Below are positions 15,209 through 24,089 of a stretch of 37,611 nucleotides of DNA, piece by piece. The first letter of the stretch is position 1. Each line of letters begins with the position of its first letter. The position numbers were made by a program, and so were the translations under genes. Origin of the DNA: a virus; the IMG/VR virus record IMGVR_UViG_3300045988_036701. One strand, written 5' to 3'. The notes beneath the pieces are model-generated. The model was not told the origin of the DNA and did no database searches. It saw only the letters and a program-made list of their open reading frames with translations.

Positions 15209-16789
15209 ATGGATTTAAGGCCATACCAGGAACAGGCAAAAACAGCCATCTTCGAGGAATGGGATAAGGGCGTCCGGCGGACGCTCCTCGTCCTCCCGAC
15301 AGGCTGCGGAAAGACGATTGTATTTGCAAAGACCGCAGAAGAGTGCGTCCGGCGCGGCGACAGAGTGTTAATCATGGCGCACCGCGGCGAGTTATTGGAT
15401 CAGGCTGCGGACAAAATCGGGAAGGCTACAGGGCTGGCCTGCGCGACTGAAAAAGCAGAGCAGTCCTGCCTTGGAAGCTGGTTCCGGATCACGGTGGGAT
15501 CCGTCCAGACTCTTATGCGTGAGAAGCGGCTGAATCAGTTTCCAAAGAATTATTTTAACACCATTATCATTGATGAGGCCCATCACAGCCTGTCAGACAG
15601 TTATCAGCGGGTACTGGAACACTTTTCGGACGCTCATGTGTTGGGAGTAACAGCAACGCCGGATCGTGGCGATATGCGGAATCTGGGTGATTATTTCGAG
15701 AGTCTGGCTTATCAGTACACGCTTCCGAAAGCGATTAAAGAAGGATATCTGTCTCCCATTAAGGCGCTGACGCTGCCGTTAAAACTGGATTTGTCTGGTG
15801 TGGGAGTACAGGCCGGGGACTTTAAAAATGGAGATATCGCGACGGCCTTAGACCCGTACCTGTACCAGATTGCGGAGGAGATGGCAAACTACTGCGCGGA
15901 CCGAAAGACGGTAGTGTTCCTTCCTCTGGTAAAAACCAGCCAGAAGTTCCGGGATATCCTGAATGAGAAAGGCTTTAAAGCCGCCGAAGTCAATGGTGAC
16001 AGTAAGGACCGGGCGGAAGTACTGGAAGCATTTGACCGGGGAGATTATAACGTCCTGTGCAACTCCATGCTTCTGACGGAGGGGTGGGACTGCCCCTCCG
16101 TGGATTGTATCGTGGTACTCCGGCCGACAAAGATCCGCAGCCTGTACAGTCAGATGGTGGGCCGCGGTACCAGACTTCACCCGGGAAAAGATCACTTGCT
16201 GTTGTTAGATTTCTTATGGCATACAGAGCGTCACGAACTCTGCCACCCGGCGAGTCTGATCTGTCAGGATGATAAGGTCGCGCAGAAAATGACGGAGAAT
16301 TTAGAAGCCGCTGCCGGGTGTCCGGTCGGCCTCGAAGAGGCAGAACAGAAGGCTTCTAAAGATGTCATATCTGAGCGGGAAGAAGCCCTTGCAAAGCAGC
16401 TTAAGGAAATGAAGAACCGACAAAAGAAACTGGTAGATCCGCTACAGTTTGAAATGAGTATTCAGGCGGAGGATCTGGCCGGGTATGTACCGTCATTCGG
16501 ATGGGAAATGGGGCCGGCTACTGAAAAACAGAAGAAGGAACTGGAGAGACGCGGGATTCTTCCCGATGCCATCGACAACGCAGGAAAGGCTAATCTGATG
16601 CTGACGCATCTTGACAAGCGCCGCCAGGAAGGACTCACGACTCCAAAACAGATCCGCTTTTTAGAAGGACGAGGATTCCAGCATGTCGGCACGTGGAATT
16701 TCGATGCAGCTAAAAATATGATCGACCGGTTTGCGGCTAATGGCTGGAAGACACCAGCGGGAGTGAGTCCCAGAGATTATACTCCATAG
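15209..16789 (+). CDS. DEAD/DEAH-box (SF2) helicase
   Basis: LPTGCGKT (motif I), IIIDEAHH (motif II), TATP (motif III) and QMVGRGTR (motif VI). Confidence 0.9.
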   Translation: MDLRPYQEQAKTAIFEEWDKGVRRTLLVLPTGCGKTIVFAKTAEECVRRGDRVLIMAHRGELLDQAADKIGKATGLACATEKAEQSCLGSWFRITVGSVQTLMREKRLNQFPKNYFNTIIIDEAHHSLSDSYQRVLEHFSDAHVLGVTATPDRGDMRNLGDYFESLAYQYTLPKAIKEGYLSPIKALTLPLKLDLSGVGVQAGDFKNGDIATALDPYLYQIAEEMANYCADRKTVVFLPLVKTSQKFRDILNEKGFKAAEVNGDSKDRAEVLEAFDRGDYNVLCNSMLLTEGWDCPSVDCIVVLRPTKIRSLYSQMVGRGTRLHPGKDHLLLLDFLWHTERHELCHPASLICQDDKVAQKMTENLEAAAGCPVGLEEAEQKASKDVISEREEALAKQLKEMKNRQKKLVDPLQFEMSIQAEDLAGYVPSFGWEMGPATEKQKKELERRGILPDAIDNAGKANLMLTHLDKRRQEGLTTPKQIRFLEGRGFQHVGTWNFDAAKNMIDRFAANGWKTPAGVSPRDYTP

Positions 16790-16801
16790 GGAGGTTAAGA
16801 C

Positions 16802-19048
16802 GTGATAGAGAATGGTTACGACCTTTTAGAAGTATTAGAGCATATCGATCCTTCTGATCTGAATTATCAGGAATGGGTCAATGTTGGCATGGCCTTGCAG
16901 CATGAAGGCTATGACGTTGATGTGTGGGATCGCTGGAGCATGAACGACAGAAGATACCACAGCGGCGAATGTGCGAGAAAATGGCGTGGCTTCCATGGAT
17001 CGGGTGAGCCGGTGACTGGCGGAACCATTGTCCAGCTTGCGCGTGAGCAGGGCTGGACGCCGCCATACGATCCGGGAACACCTCTGGATTGGGATGATAC
17101 CATATCCGCGGAAGGCGTCGTCGTAAATAAGAACTGGGTGGAAGGCAGGGAGATCTCAGAACCGCAGAATTGGGATCCCGTAGCCGAACTGATCCGGTAT
17201 CTGGAAACACTGTTCGAAGCCGGGGAGAATGTCGGGTACGTGGTTAAAAGCTATCAGCGAGATGATGGAGGCTGGAATCCAGCGAATAAAGGAGCATATG
17301 ACCGTACTGCCGGACAGCTGATCGAGCTGCTTACCAACTGCAAGGGAGACATCGGCGGTGTATTGGGAGATTATAACACAGATGCCGGCGCGTGGATCCG
17401 TTTTAATCCGCTGGACGGTGAAGGTGTAAGGGATACGAATGTGGCGGACTACCGGTACTCTCTCGTGGAATCTGACGGCATGGATCTGGAAAAGCAGCAC
17501 GCGATTATCAGGGAACTTGAATTGCCGGTGGCCTGTCTGGTGTATTCCGGAGGCAAGAGCCTGCACGCTATTGTACGGATTGATGCTGCGGACTTTACGG
17601 AATACCGGAAACGCGTAGACTATCTGTACGAAATCTGTAAAAAGAATGGTCTGGAGCTTGACCAGCAGAACCGGAACCCTTCCAGGCTGTCCAGAATGCC
17701 GGGTGTGATCCGAGGAGACCGGAAGCAGTATATCATTGATACGAACATTGGAAAAGCAAACTGGACGGAATGGAAGGAGTGGATCGAGAGTATTAATGAT
17801 GATCTTCCGGATCCGGAGAGCCTGGACGATGTGTGGAATAATCTTCCGGACCTGGCCCCTACTTTGATTGACGGAATATTGAGACAGGGGCACAAGATGC
17901 TGATTGCAGGTCCGTCAAAGGCCGGGAAATCGTTCCTCCAGATAGAAATGTGTATTGCTATCGCAGAGGGCAGAAAGTGGCTTAACTGGACCTGTACGCA
18001 AGGAAGGATCCTGTATGTGAACTTAGAACTGGACCGGGCCAGCTGCCTGCATCGTTTCCGTGATGTGTATCAGGCATTGGGCTGGGAGCCAAGGAATCTT
18101 AAGAATATAGATATCTGGAACCTCCGTGGTAAATCGCGGCCTATGGATAAGCTTGCGCCGATGCTGATCCGGCGGGCGGCCAAAAAGAATTATATCGCTA
18201 TTATTATTGATCCGATCTATAAGGTCATTACCGGCGACGAGAACAGCGCGGATCAGATGGCGAATTTCTGCAACCAGTTTGATAAGGTGTGTACCGAGCT
18301 GGGCGTGGCGGTGATCTACTGCCATCATCACAGCAAAGGAAGCCAGGGCGGTAAAAAATCCATGGACCGAGCCAGCGGCTCCGGCGTGTTCGCCCGTGAT
18401 CCGGATGCGCTTCTCGATCTGATCGAACTGGAAACGACCGAGGAGTTGATGAAACAGCAGGAAAATAAAGCTGTGTGTGAAGCTTGCAGGCAATATTTAG
18501 ATGCACATTATAAGTGGGAGGACGAACTCTCACAAGACGATCTGCTGAGTTCTTACCAGATGCTTAACTACTGTGAGAACAAGCTGGAGAAAGGGCAATT
18601 TGAGGCATTACAGCGCACCACAGAGGCCGTGAAGAAGAGAGCACAGTCAATGACTGCATGGAGGATCGAGGGTACGCTGAGAGAGTTCCAGAAGTTTTCA
18701 CCGGTCAATATGTGGTTTGATTATCCGATACATACAGTCGATGCTTCCGGAGTGCTGGGAGATATTCAGCCGGAGGCAGAATTGCCGCCATGGAAAAAAG
18801 CCTCTTCAGCAAAGAAGAAAAGTGATAGTAAAAGGAAGAAAAACAATGAATTAAAGTTCATTGAAGCAATTGAAAGCTGCAATATGGGAGAGCTGCCTAC
18901 AGCTAAAATGGTAGCGGAATACTTGAGTACAGCAGACAAAGAATTCCCGATTAGAACTGTGCGTGATTGGGCCAAACGGTATGGATATGACTTCCAGACC
19001 GGTAAGTGGAGTACTGAAAGTGTGACAGAAGCAAAAGAAGAGGAGTAG
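16802..19048 (+). CDS. DNA primase/helicase (PriCT-2-like N-terminus with RepA/AAA_25-type ATPase)
   Basis: GTG start 7 nt after GGAGG. YQEWVNVGMALQHEGYDVDVWDRWS...ECARKWRGF resembles PriCT-2. Walker A is IAGPSKAGKSF. Confidence 0.8.
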   Translation: MIENGYDLLEVLEHIDPSDLNYQEWVNVGMALQHEGYDVDVWDRWSMNDRRYHSGECARKWRGFHGSGEPVTGGTIVQLAREQGWTPPYDPGTPLDWDDTISAEGVVVNKNWVEGREISEPQNWDPVAELIRYLETLFEAGENVGYVVKSYQRDDGGWNPANKGAYDRTAGQLIELLTNCKGDIGGVLGDYNTDAGAWIRFNPLDGEGVRDTNVADYRYSLVESDGMDLEKQHAIIRELELPVACLVYSGGKSLHAIVRIDAADFTEYRKRVDYLYEICKKNGLELDQQNRNPSRLSRMPGVIRGDRKQYIIDTNIGKANWTEWKEWIESINDDLPDPESLDDVWNNLPDLAPTLIDGILRQGHKMLIAGPSKAGKSFLQIEMCIAIAEGRKWLNWTCTQGRILYVNLELDRASCLHRFRDVYQALGWEPRNLKNIDIWNLRGKSRPMDKLAPMLIRRAAKKNYIAIIIDPIYKVITGDENSADQMANFCNQFDKVCTELGVAVIYCHHHSKGSQGGKKSMDRASGSGVFARDPDALLDLIELETTEELMKQQENKAVCEACRQYLDAHYKWEDELSQDDLLSSYQMLNYCENKLEKGQFEALQRTTEAVKKRAQSMTAWRIEGTLREFQKFSPVNMWFDYPIHTVDASGVLGDIQPEAELPPWKKASSAKKKSDSKRKKNNELKFIEAIESCNMGELPTAKMVAEYLSTADKEFPIRTVRDWAKRYGYDFQTGKWSTESVTEAKEEE

Positions 19049-19238
19049 CGGCAACGGCGGCGGATATCATAAAACAAGGAAAATGATAACTGCCCGAAGA
19101 GAGCGGCGGATGTCATTAAATAAGGTAATTGCCGTAAATGCTGTAACGGCGGCGGATATTAGAAAAATATGGTAATCGCCGTGCCGCGGCAACGGCGGCG
19201 AACACCACTATATATAATATATATTTTATTGCCGCCGC
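19048..19238. repeat. Iteron cluster plus AT-rich stretch: candidate replication origin
   Basis: GCGGCAACGGCGGCG occurs at 19048-19062 and 19186-19200. AACGGCGGCGGATAT occurs at 19053-19067 and 19145-19159. GCGGCGGAT occurs at 19103-19111. An AT-only run spans 19208-19230 and is followed by an inverted GCCGCCGC. Confidence 0.5.
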
Positions 19239-19365
19239 TTACGCGTGGTCACGGGGGTAGGATAGGACGGGCTATAGCGCTGCCCGCCCTGTCCCCTCCC
19301 CCTCCCCGTTGACAAGGCCATTTCAAAAATGAATAAAAATTTAAAACTTTAAAGAGGTGAAGTAA

Positions 19366-19761
19366 ATGGAGACGGATTTTTTTCTATCAATGCAACCCCC
19401 GACCGTGACGCATCAAGAGAAGCAGGTACACGTAGTAAATGGTAAGCCTGTCTTTTATGAGCCGGCGGAGCTGAAGGCGGCCAGAGCGAAGCTGAGAGCG
19501 CACCTGGGGAGGCACATACCAGATGAACGAATGACTGGCCCGCTTCGGCTGACTACATGGTGGTGCTTCCCGATTAAAGGGAAACATAAGGACGGCGAGT
19601 ACAAGACCAGCCGGCCGGACACAGACAATCTGGTGAAGCTGCTCAAAGACGTAATGACGGAACTGCATTTCTGGGGAGACGACGCCCAGGTGGCTTGTGA
19701 GGTGATCTGTAAGTACTGGGCGGAGCGTCCGGGAATTTACGTAAAGGTGGAAAGCTTATGA
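19366..19761 (+). CDS. rusA: RusA-family Holliday junction resolvase
   Basis: RPDTDNLVKLLKDVMT..FWGDDAQV...K is the RusA signature. Confidence 0.85.
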   Translation: METDFFLSMQPPTVTHQEKQVHVVNGKPVFYEPAELKAARAKLRAHLGRHIPDERMTGPLRLTTWWCFPIKGKHKDGEYKTSRPDTDNLVKLLKDVMTELHFWGDDAQVACEVICKYWAERPGIYVKVESL

Positions 19762-20000
19762 CGGATCGGGAAGTAGCAGGTGGGTTCCAGGAGGTGTACA
19801 ACGATTTCTGGCTTCGGTATCGGGACAGGCAGCCGCGAGAAGCTTCTCCCGAATGGGAACGAATGCATACGCAGGCGGTTGTCTTGAAACGTAAGTATCC
19901 GTTACTGGAAGAGGCTATCAACCGTATGGTAACGGAACTAATAGAACGGGCCAGAGGCCGAGGAAGAAAAGAAAAAGACTTTCACCGGCCGCCGAGGTAA
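19758..20000 (+). CDS. Hypothetical protein
   Basis: ATGA overlap with rusA, consistent with translational coupling. Confidence 0.55.
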   Translation: MTDREVAGGFQEVYNDFWLRYRDRQPREASPEWERMHTQAVVLKRKYPLLEEAINRMVTELIERARGRGRKEKDFHRPPR

Positions 20001-20011
20001 GGGAATAAAAA

Positions 20012-20407
20012 ATGAATAGAAAACCTGAAGTAGGAACGAAGATGTATGCCGTAAAAGAGCATAGATACTACGTAAAGGACAAACCCGCTCCGCTGCTGGA
20101 ATATTGTGTATGCGAAATGGAAGTGACTGGTTTTTATAAAGGCGGATACGTGGAGATTTGTTTGACGGGTATCTCACCGGAAGGTTACAGGACCCCGTAT
20201 CGGTATGCTTTAAGTGATATTGGGTTGCAGGTATTTTACACAGTTCATGATGCAGCGCGGCTGGCTCTGGAAATGACAGAAAAATACGAGCAAACATGGT
20301 CATGGACCGGCGATCCTCCAATGAGAAGAACGTGGGAGTGTTATCTGATCGACACCAGAAAATGCGATATGGAGGGTCAGATCAGTATATTTGATCTTTA
20401 TAATTGA
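20012..20407 (+). CDS. Hypothetical protein
   Basis: ORF in the same-strand gene array. Confidence 0.55.
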   Translation: MNRKPEVGTKMYAVKEHRYYVKDKPAPLLEYCVCEMEVTGFYKGGYVEICLTGISPEGYRTPYRYALSDIGLQVFYTVHDAARLALEMTEKYEQTWSWTGDPPMRRTWECYLIDTRKCDMEGQISIFDLYN

Positions 20408-20428
20408 TGTAGCGAGGTGAAAAGAATA

Positions 20429-20659
20429 ATGAACAGTAAGCCACTCACTCAAAAGGAATTATCGGAAATAGCGGGAAAGCCTGTATACTGTCCAGAAATA
20501 GAATCGTATGGAATTGTCAAATGCGAAACCATAGGGACATGGGCGGGAGTGCCGTTTCTGGTTGGAGTTTGGCATCGCGATGGTGTTGCAGTCAATTTTG
20601 AATACAACATTGTGAAGCGAGAACTGAAATGTTATGGAATCAATGAAACTGAAAATTAA
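20429..20659 (+). CDS. Hypothetical protein
   Basis: ATG 20429 follows GAGGTG. The track start GTG 20417 overlaps the RBS. Confidence 0.5.
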   Translation: MNSKPLTQKELSEIAGKPVYCPEIESYGIVKCETIGTWAGVPFLVGVWHRDGVAVNFEYNIVKRELKCYGINETEN

Positions 20660-20678
20660 GATTTAACGGAGGAAGCGG

Positions 20679-20945
20679 ATGATTAAAGTAGGCGATACAG
20701 TGACCTGGGAGAGCCAGGCGGGCGGCAACTGGGTGCGCAAGACCGGAGAAGTGATTGCGGTTGTGCCTCCGGGAGAAAGTGCTCTGAGCTGGGTGCCGGT
20801 GGAAGCTAAGAAAAGCCATATCAAGTTTGAGGCGGACATCTACATGAAGGGGGACCGGGCGGTTGTGGCGGTACCAGCGGGAGCATATGGCGGGCTGACG
20901 CATTATTATGCGCCGAGACTGTTGGTGTTGGAGAAGCTGAATTAA
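20679..20945 (+). CDS. Hypothetical protein
   Basis: RBS GGAGGAAG. Confidence 0.55.
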   Translation: MIKVGDTVTWESQAGGNWVRKTGEVIAVVPPGESALSWVPVEAKKSHIKFEADIYMKGDRAVVAVPAGAYGGLTHYYAPRLLVLEKLN

Positions 20946-20978
20946 TAGGGATAATTAATATTTAGAGGTGGTGATGTG

Positions 20979-21176
20979 ATGAATTTGAAAAGAGGACATA
21001 TAAAATGTCCATACTGTAGCATAACTCCGATATCAATAGCAAAAGACGAGGTTGTAGATATAAGATTTGACGGAAAACAGTTGAAAATGGATATTCAAAC
21101 ATCTGATTCTGCGGCAACATATGAGTGGATTCCATTAAATTTTTGCCCGATATGTGGCAGAGACTTGGATAAGTAA
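20979..21176 (+). CDS. Small zinc-ribbon protein
   Basis: CPYC...CPIC pairs. RBS AGAGGTGGTG. Confidence 0.5.
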   Translation: MNLKRGHIKCPYCSITPISIAKDEVVDIRFDGKQLKMDIQTSDSAATYEWIPLNFCPICGRDLDK

Positions 21177-21210
21177 ACTGATAATTACTGAACGAAGGGA
21201 GAATAAAACA

Positions 21211-21399
21211 TTGAGAAGAAAAAACGGCGAAGGGTATCCGGATCCGACAGCAGCGGAAGCAATCGACGAAGCAGATCGGATCCCGGAGCGTATTACATGG
21301 TTTATAAAAACGGTTAAAAGCATAGCGGCTTTGGTTGACTTAGAGGTTATCAGCAGGATTCAGATCAGGGACAAGTCTACTGGACGGAAATATCTGTAA
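21211..21399 (+). CDS. Small conserved phage protein (GYPDPTAAEAI motif)
   Basis: TTG start 8-9 nt after AAGGGAG. The track's ATG 21154 would overlap the previous gene by 23 nt. Confidence 0.4.
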   Translation: MRRKNGEGYPDPTAAEAIDEADRIPERITWFIKTVKSIAALVDLEVISRIQIRDKSTGRKYL

Positions 21400-21409
21400 G
21401 GAGGGAGCC

Positions 21410-21676
21410 ATGGCGCGTAAAAAGATTTTTGCTGTATATGAAGGTGATACATATATGGGAGATTATACAGCTGTAGAAGCGGCGCCGTTGCTAGGTATTG
21501 CCTGCGCGACAGTATCGGCCTATGCGAATTCCGGCGCCAGACTGCGGGGCCGTTACAGAATTGAAGTAGTGGGAAACACAGAAATAGATACGGAACGATG
21601 GGCCAGTGAGTGGGATCAGGTGCGGATCGAGAAACTGGCATGGTTGAAAAACAGAAAAAATAAGCCGGGCGATTAA
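21410..21676 (+). CDS. Hypothetical protein (helix-turn-helix-like)
   Basis: RBS AAGGAGGGAG. A GCCGGGC/GCCCGGC hairpin lies at its 3' end. Confidence 0.55.
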   Translation: MARKKIFAVYEGDTYMGDYTAVEAAPLLGIACATVSAYANSGARLRGRYRIEVVGNTEIDTERWASEWDQVRIEKLAWLKNRKNKPGD

Positions 21677-21840
21677 GCCCGGCAAATAAAAACCCAAAGG
21701 AAGAACGTATGTGCGATCATAAAAAGAAGCCCCATTGCTTGGCGGCTGTCAGGGCTTCTTATATCTTATTCAGATGAGGCCATTATACCTTATCTGAACA
21801 TGAAAATCAATTTATTCAAGAAAGGATTAGGTGGAAAATA

Positions 21841-22863
21841 ATGGCAGAACAGATGAGTATAGATAACGTGGTAATCAATATAATGAATGGGCTTATGCCG
21901 GTAATCGAAGAAGAGAAGCGCTTAAAGGATGCAGAACAGGTATTATACATGACTCTGGCAAACCTCCAGATCTTTAAGGAGGAAACAGCATTGTCAACAG
22001 AGCTGGACCGGACAAATGAATATCTGATGCAGTATCTGCTGAATATGAGGCTTACAGGCTGTACTGACGGCAGTATCCAAAATTACCGCAACACTCTACG
22101 GAATATGCTGGCCTATGTCAACAAGAATGTTGTAGACATAGAGTATGCAGACCTTAAGAAGTATCTGGCATACGGGAAGTTGGTCAGGGCGTGGAAAGAT
22201 CGTACATATAACAGCAAGTTAATTACAATCCGTAGTTTCTTCGCATGGCTGTATGAGGAGGACATGCTCCCAAACAATCCAGCAAAGAAGTTAAAAGAAA
22301 CTAAGGTGGAGCGCCGGATCGGGCCGACACTGAAGCCGGAGCAGCGCGAAGAAGTCCGGTGCGCGTGTATCGACGAACTGGAATTATCGCTTTGTGATCT
22401 GCTTTATACGTCTGGTGTCCGTGTCTCGGAGCTATGCCGGTTAGATATTGCAGATATAGATTTTAGTAACATGAGGGCCATCGTTTACGGTAAAGGCCGC
22501 AAGGAACGCGAAGTCTATTTCACAGGACAGGCGAAACATCATCTGGAAAAGTATCTTGAATCGAGAGATGATGATAACCCGGCGCTGTTCGTCAGTCGGA
22601 GGAAACCACATAAGCGAATGCAGCCGGGAACAGTGCGCGATATCATGAAAGACATTAAAGAACGAGATCCGGCGCTTGCAAATGTAAAACTGACGCCGCA
22701 TGTCTTCAGGCGGACAGTTGGAACAGACATGATTAACAAAGGGGCTCCGCTGGAGTTGGTGGCTGAGAAGCTGGGTCACGTACAACTCGATACAACGAAA
22801 CAGTGTTATGCAGCCATTGCCAGATCGACGGTTCAGCAGGCCCATAACCGCTATGTAGGATAG
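21841..22863 (+). CDS. Xer-like tyrosine recombinase (no arm-binding domain); candidate invertase for the tail-tip switch
   Basis: SAM-like N-terminal domain (NYRNTLRNMLAY...IRSFFAWLYEEDMLPNNPA). The catalytic residues are in GVRVSEL, KGRKEREVYF, HVFRRT, LGH and QCY. Confidence 0.85.
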   Translation: MAEQMSIDNVVINIMNGLMPVIEEEKRLKDAEQVLYMTLANLQIFKEETALSTELDRTNEYLMQYLLNMRLTGCTDGSIQNYRNTLRNMLAYVNKNVVDIEYADLKKYLAYGKLVRAWKDRTYNSKLITIRSFFAWLYEEDMLPNNPAKKLKETKVERRIGPTLKPEQREEVRCACIDELELSLCDLLYTSGVRVSELCRLDIADIDFSNMRAIVYGKGRKEREVYFTGQAKHHLEKYLESRDDDNPALFVSRRKPHKRMQPGTVRDIMKDIKERDPALANVKLTPHVFRRTVGTDMINKGAPLELVAEKLGHVQLDTTKQCYAAIARSTVQQAHNRYVG

Positions 22864-22871
22864 GAGGATCT

Positions 22872-23297
22872 ATGAATAAGGGAGTATTAGAACAGTATAT
22901 TGATGCCTGTGAACTGATTAAGGAAACAGAAGCAGACATCCGGAGGGTCAAAAAGCAGCGTAAGACGATAATTCAGGATTCGGTAAAAGGATCTATGCAT
23001 GATTTCCCATATGCTGCACAGAATTTCAAAGTACAGGGCATGGTATACGCTGCTGTAAGAGAGCCGGGAGCACTGGCAGCTTATGAGCAGCTTCTGGAGG
23101 AGCGCAAGGCCAGGGCGGAGGAAATCAAAATACAGGTTGAGGCATGGCTGAATACGATTCCACAGCGGATGCAAAGGATAATAAGATTTAGATTCTTTGA
23201 GAATTTATCATGGGGAGAAACGGCCTCGAGAATCGGGAGAAAGGCTACTGCGGACAGTATACGAATGGAATTTACAAATTTCATGAAAGTAGCATAA
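22872..23297 (+). CDS. Late-gene regulator candidate (DUF1492 / sigma-70 region-4-like)
   Basis: N-terminal coiled coil. The C-terminus IPQRMQRIIRFRFFENLSWGETASRIGRKATADSIRMEF resembles sigma region 4. It lies immediately upstream of the packaging operon. Confidence 0.6.
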   Translation: MNKGVLEQYIDACELIKETEADIRRVKKQRKTIIQDSVKGSMHDFPYAAQNFKVQGMVYAAVREPGALAAYEQLLEERKARAEEIKIQVEAWLNTIPQRMQRIIRFRFFENLSWGETASRIGRKATADSIRMEFTNFMKVA

Positions 23298-23334
23298 AGT
23301 TATTTCGTTTATTTCACATTTTTCGTTTTGGAAA

Positions 23335-23343
23335 TGTTATAGT
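23335..23343 (+). promoter_or_regulatory. Extended -10 promoter element TGTTATAGT (candidate late promoter)
   Basis: TGn plus TATAGT. It is the only promoter-like element between the 22872 gene and terS. Confidence 0.4.
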
Positions 23344-23466
23344 ATAGACTGGAATCACTGAAATGTGCTTCTACCTCCCCCAATTGATGGCCGCTGGTAA
23401 TAGCTGGCGGCCGTGCTTATGTGGAACATACCATTAATGGCAGATGGACAGGGTCGCGCCCTGGGT

Positions 23467-23491
23467 TCCGGTTCGATTCCGGGTATTCCGC
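23467..23491 (+). other. tRNA-like T-arm plus 3' acceptor strand (not a complete tRNA)
   Basis: TCCGG-TTCGATT-CCGGG is a canonical GGTTCGATTCC T-loop, followed by TATTCCG. I could not build D or anticodon arms. Confidence 0.5.
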
Positions 23492-23518
23492 TTTCATTCT
23501 TTTTTCTCCTTTTTGAAG

Positions 23519-23545
23519 CACCTGTCGAAAGGCAGGTGTTTTTCT
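23519..23545 (+). terminator. Strong rho-independent terminator directly upstream of terS
   Basis: CACCTGTC-GAAA-GGCAGGTG forms an 8-bp stem with a GAAA tetraloop, followed by TTTTTCTTTT. Confidence 0.7.
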
Positions 23546-23579
23546 TTTACAAAAAACAGCCAGATAGGAAGGTGAGGTG

Positions 23580-24089
23580 ATGGCAAACAATGAAAACTTA
23601 GTACGTTTAACCCCGACTGAAGCACGAGAGTATGGACGGCGTGGAGGAAAAGCTTCCGGGGAATCGCGCCGAAGAAAAGCAGACTTCCGCAGGACCTTAA
23701 ATGCGCTTCTTACCGCAGAGATAGAAAGTGAGGAATGGACTCCAATACTAAAGGCAATGGGGCTTGACAACACCGTTGAAGCGGCCGTAAACGCAGCTAT
23801 GATTAAAAAAGCATTAGCGGGCGACGTGAAAGCCTTTGAGGCCATAGCTAAATATTCCGGACAATCTGACCAGACTGACGCCGACTTAGAAGAACAAGCC
23901 ATTCGAACGGATCGGGCGCGGCGGGCCAGAGATCAGGAGGTTGGAAACACAGACAATACAGATGGAATTCAATCATTCTTAAAAGCCATGAATCCAACGG
24001 CGGAGGATCTGGATTCGATATTCATAGACAAGGAAGAAGAGAAGGAGGACAGCGATGCCAAAGAAACAGAAGAAGCCGGCGACGTTTAA
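23580..24089 (+). CDS. terS: Terminase small subunit
   Basis: The motif GRRGGKASGESRRRK, an acidic C-terminus, and an overlap with terL. Confidence 0.75.
   Translation: MANNENLVRLTPTEAREYGRRGGKASGESRRRKADFRRTLNALLTAEIESEEWTPILKAMGLDNTVEAAVNAAMIKKALAGDVKAFEAIAKYSGQSDQTDADLEEQAIRTDRARRARDQEVGNTDNTDGIQSFLKAMNPTAEDLDSIFIDKEEEKEDSDAKETEEAGDV

Noticed and set aside
17156-17893. Long antisense ORFs in the track (for example 17156..17893 -, 18023..18493 -, 28188..28724 -, 23417..23902 -, 32542..32991 -, 5432..5770 -, 12556..12975 -)
   Set aside because: They lie entirely opposite well-supported genes and lack ribosome binding sites. Their composition is low-complexity or biased, which is typical of shadow frames.
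19048-19240. CRISPR array
   Set aside because: The repeats are short (9-15 nt), irregularly spaced and of at least two types. No cas genes are present. The layout fits iterons.
23422-23491. Possible complete tRNA gene around the GGTTCGATTCC T-loop
   Set aside because: An acceptor pairing of 6/7 can be drawn (TGGAACA with TATTCCG). However, the 70-nt span leaves a 2-nt D-loop and no anticodon stem with a 7-nt loop. It is kept only as a tRNA-like fragment.
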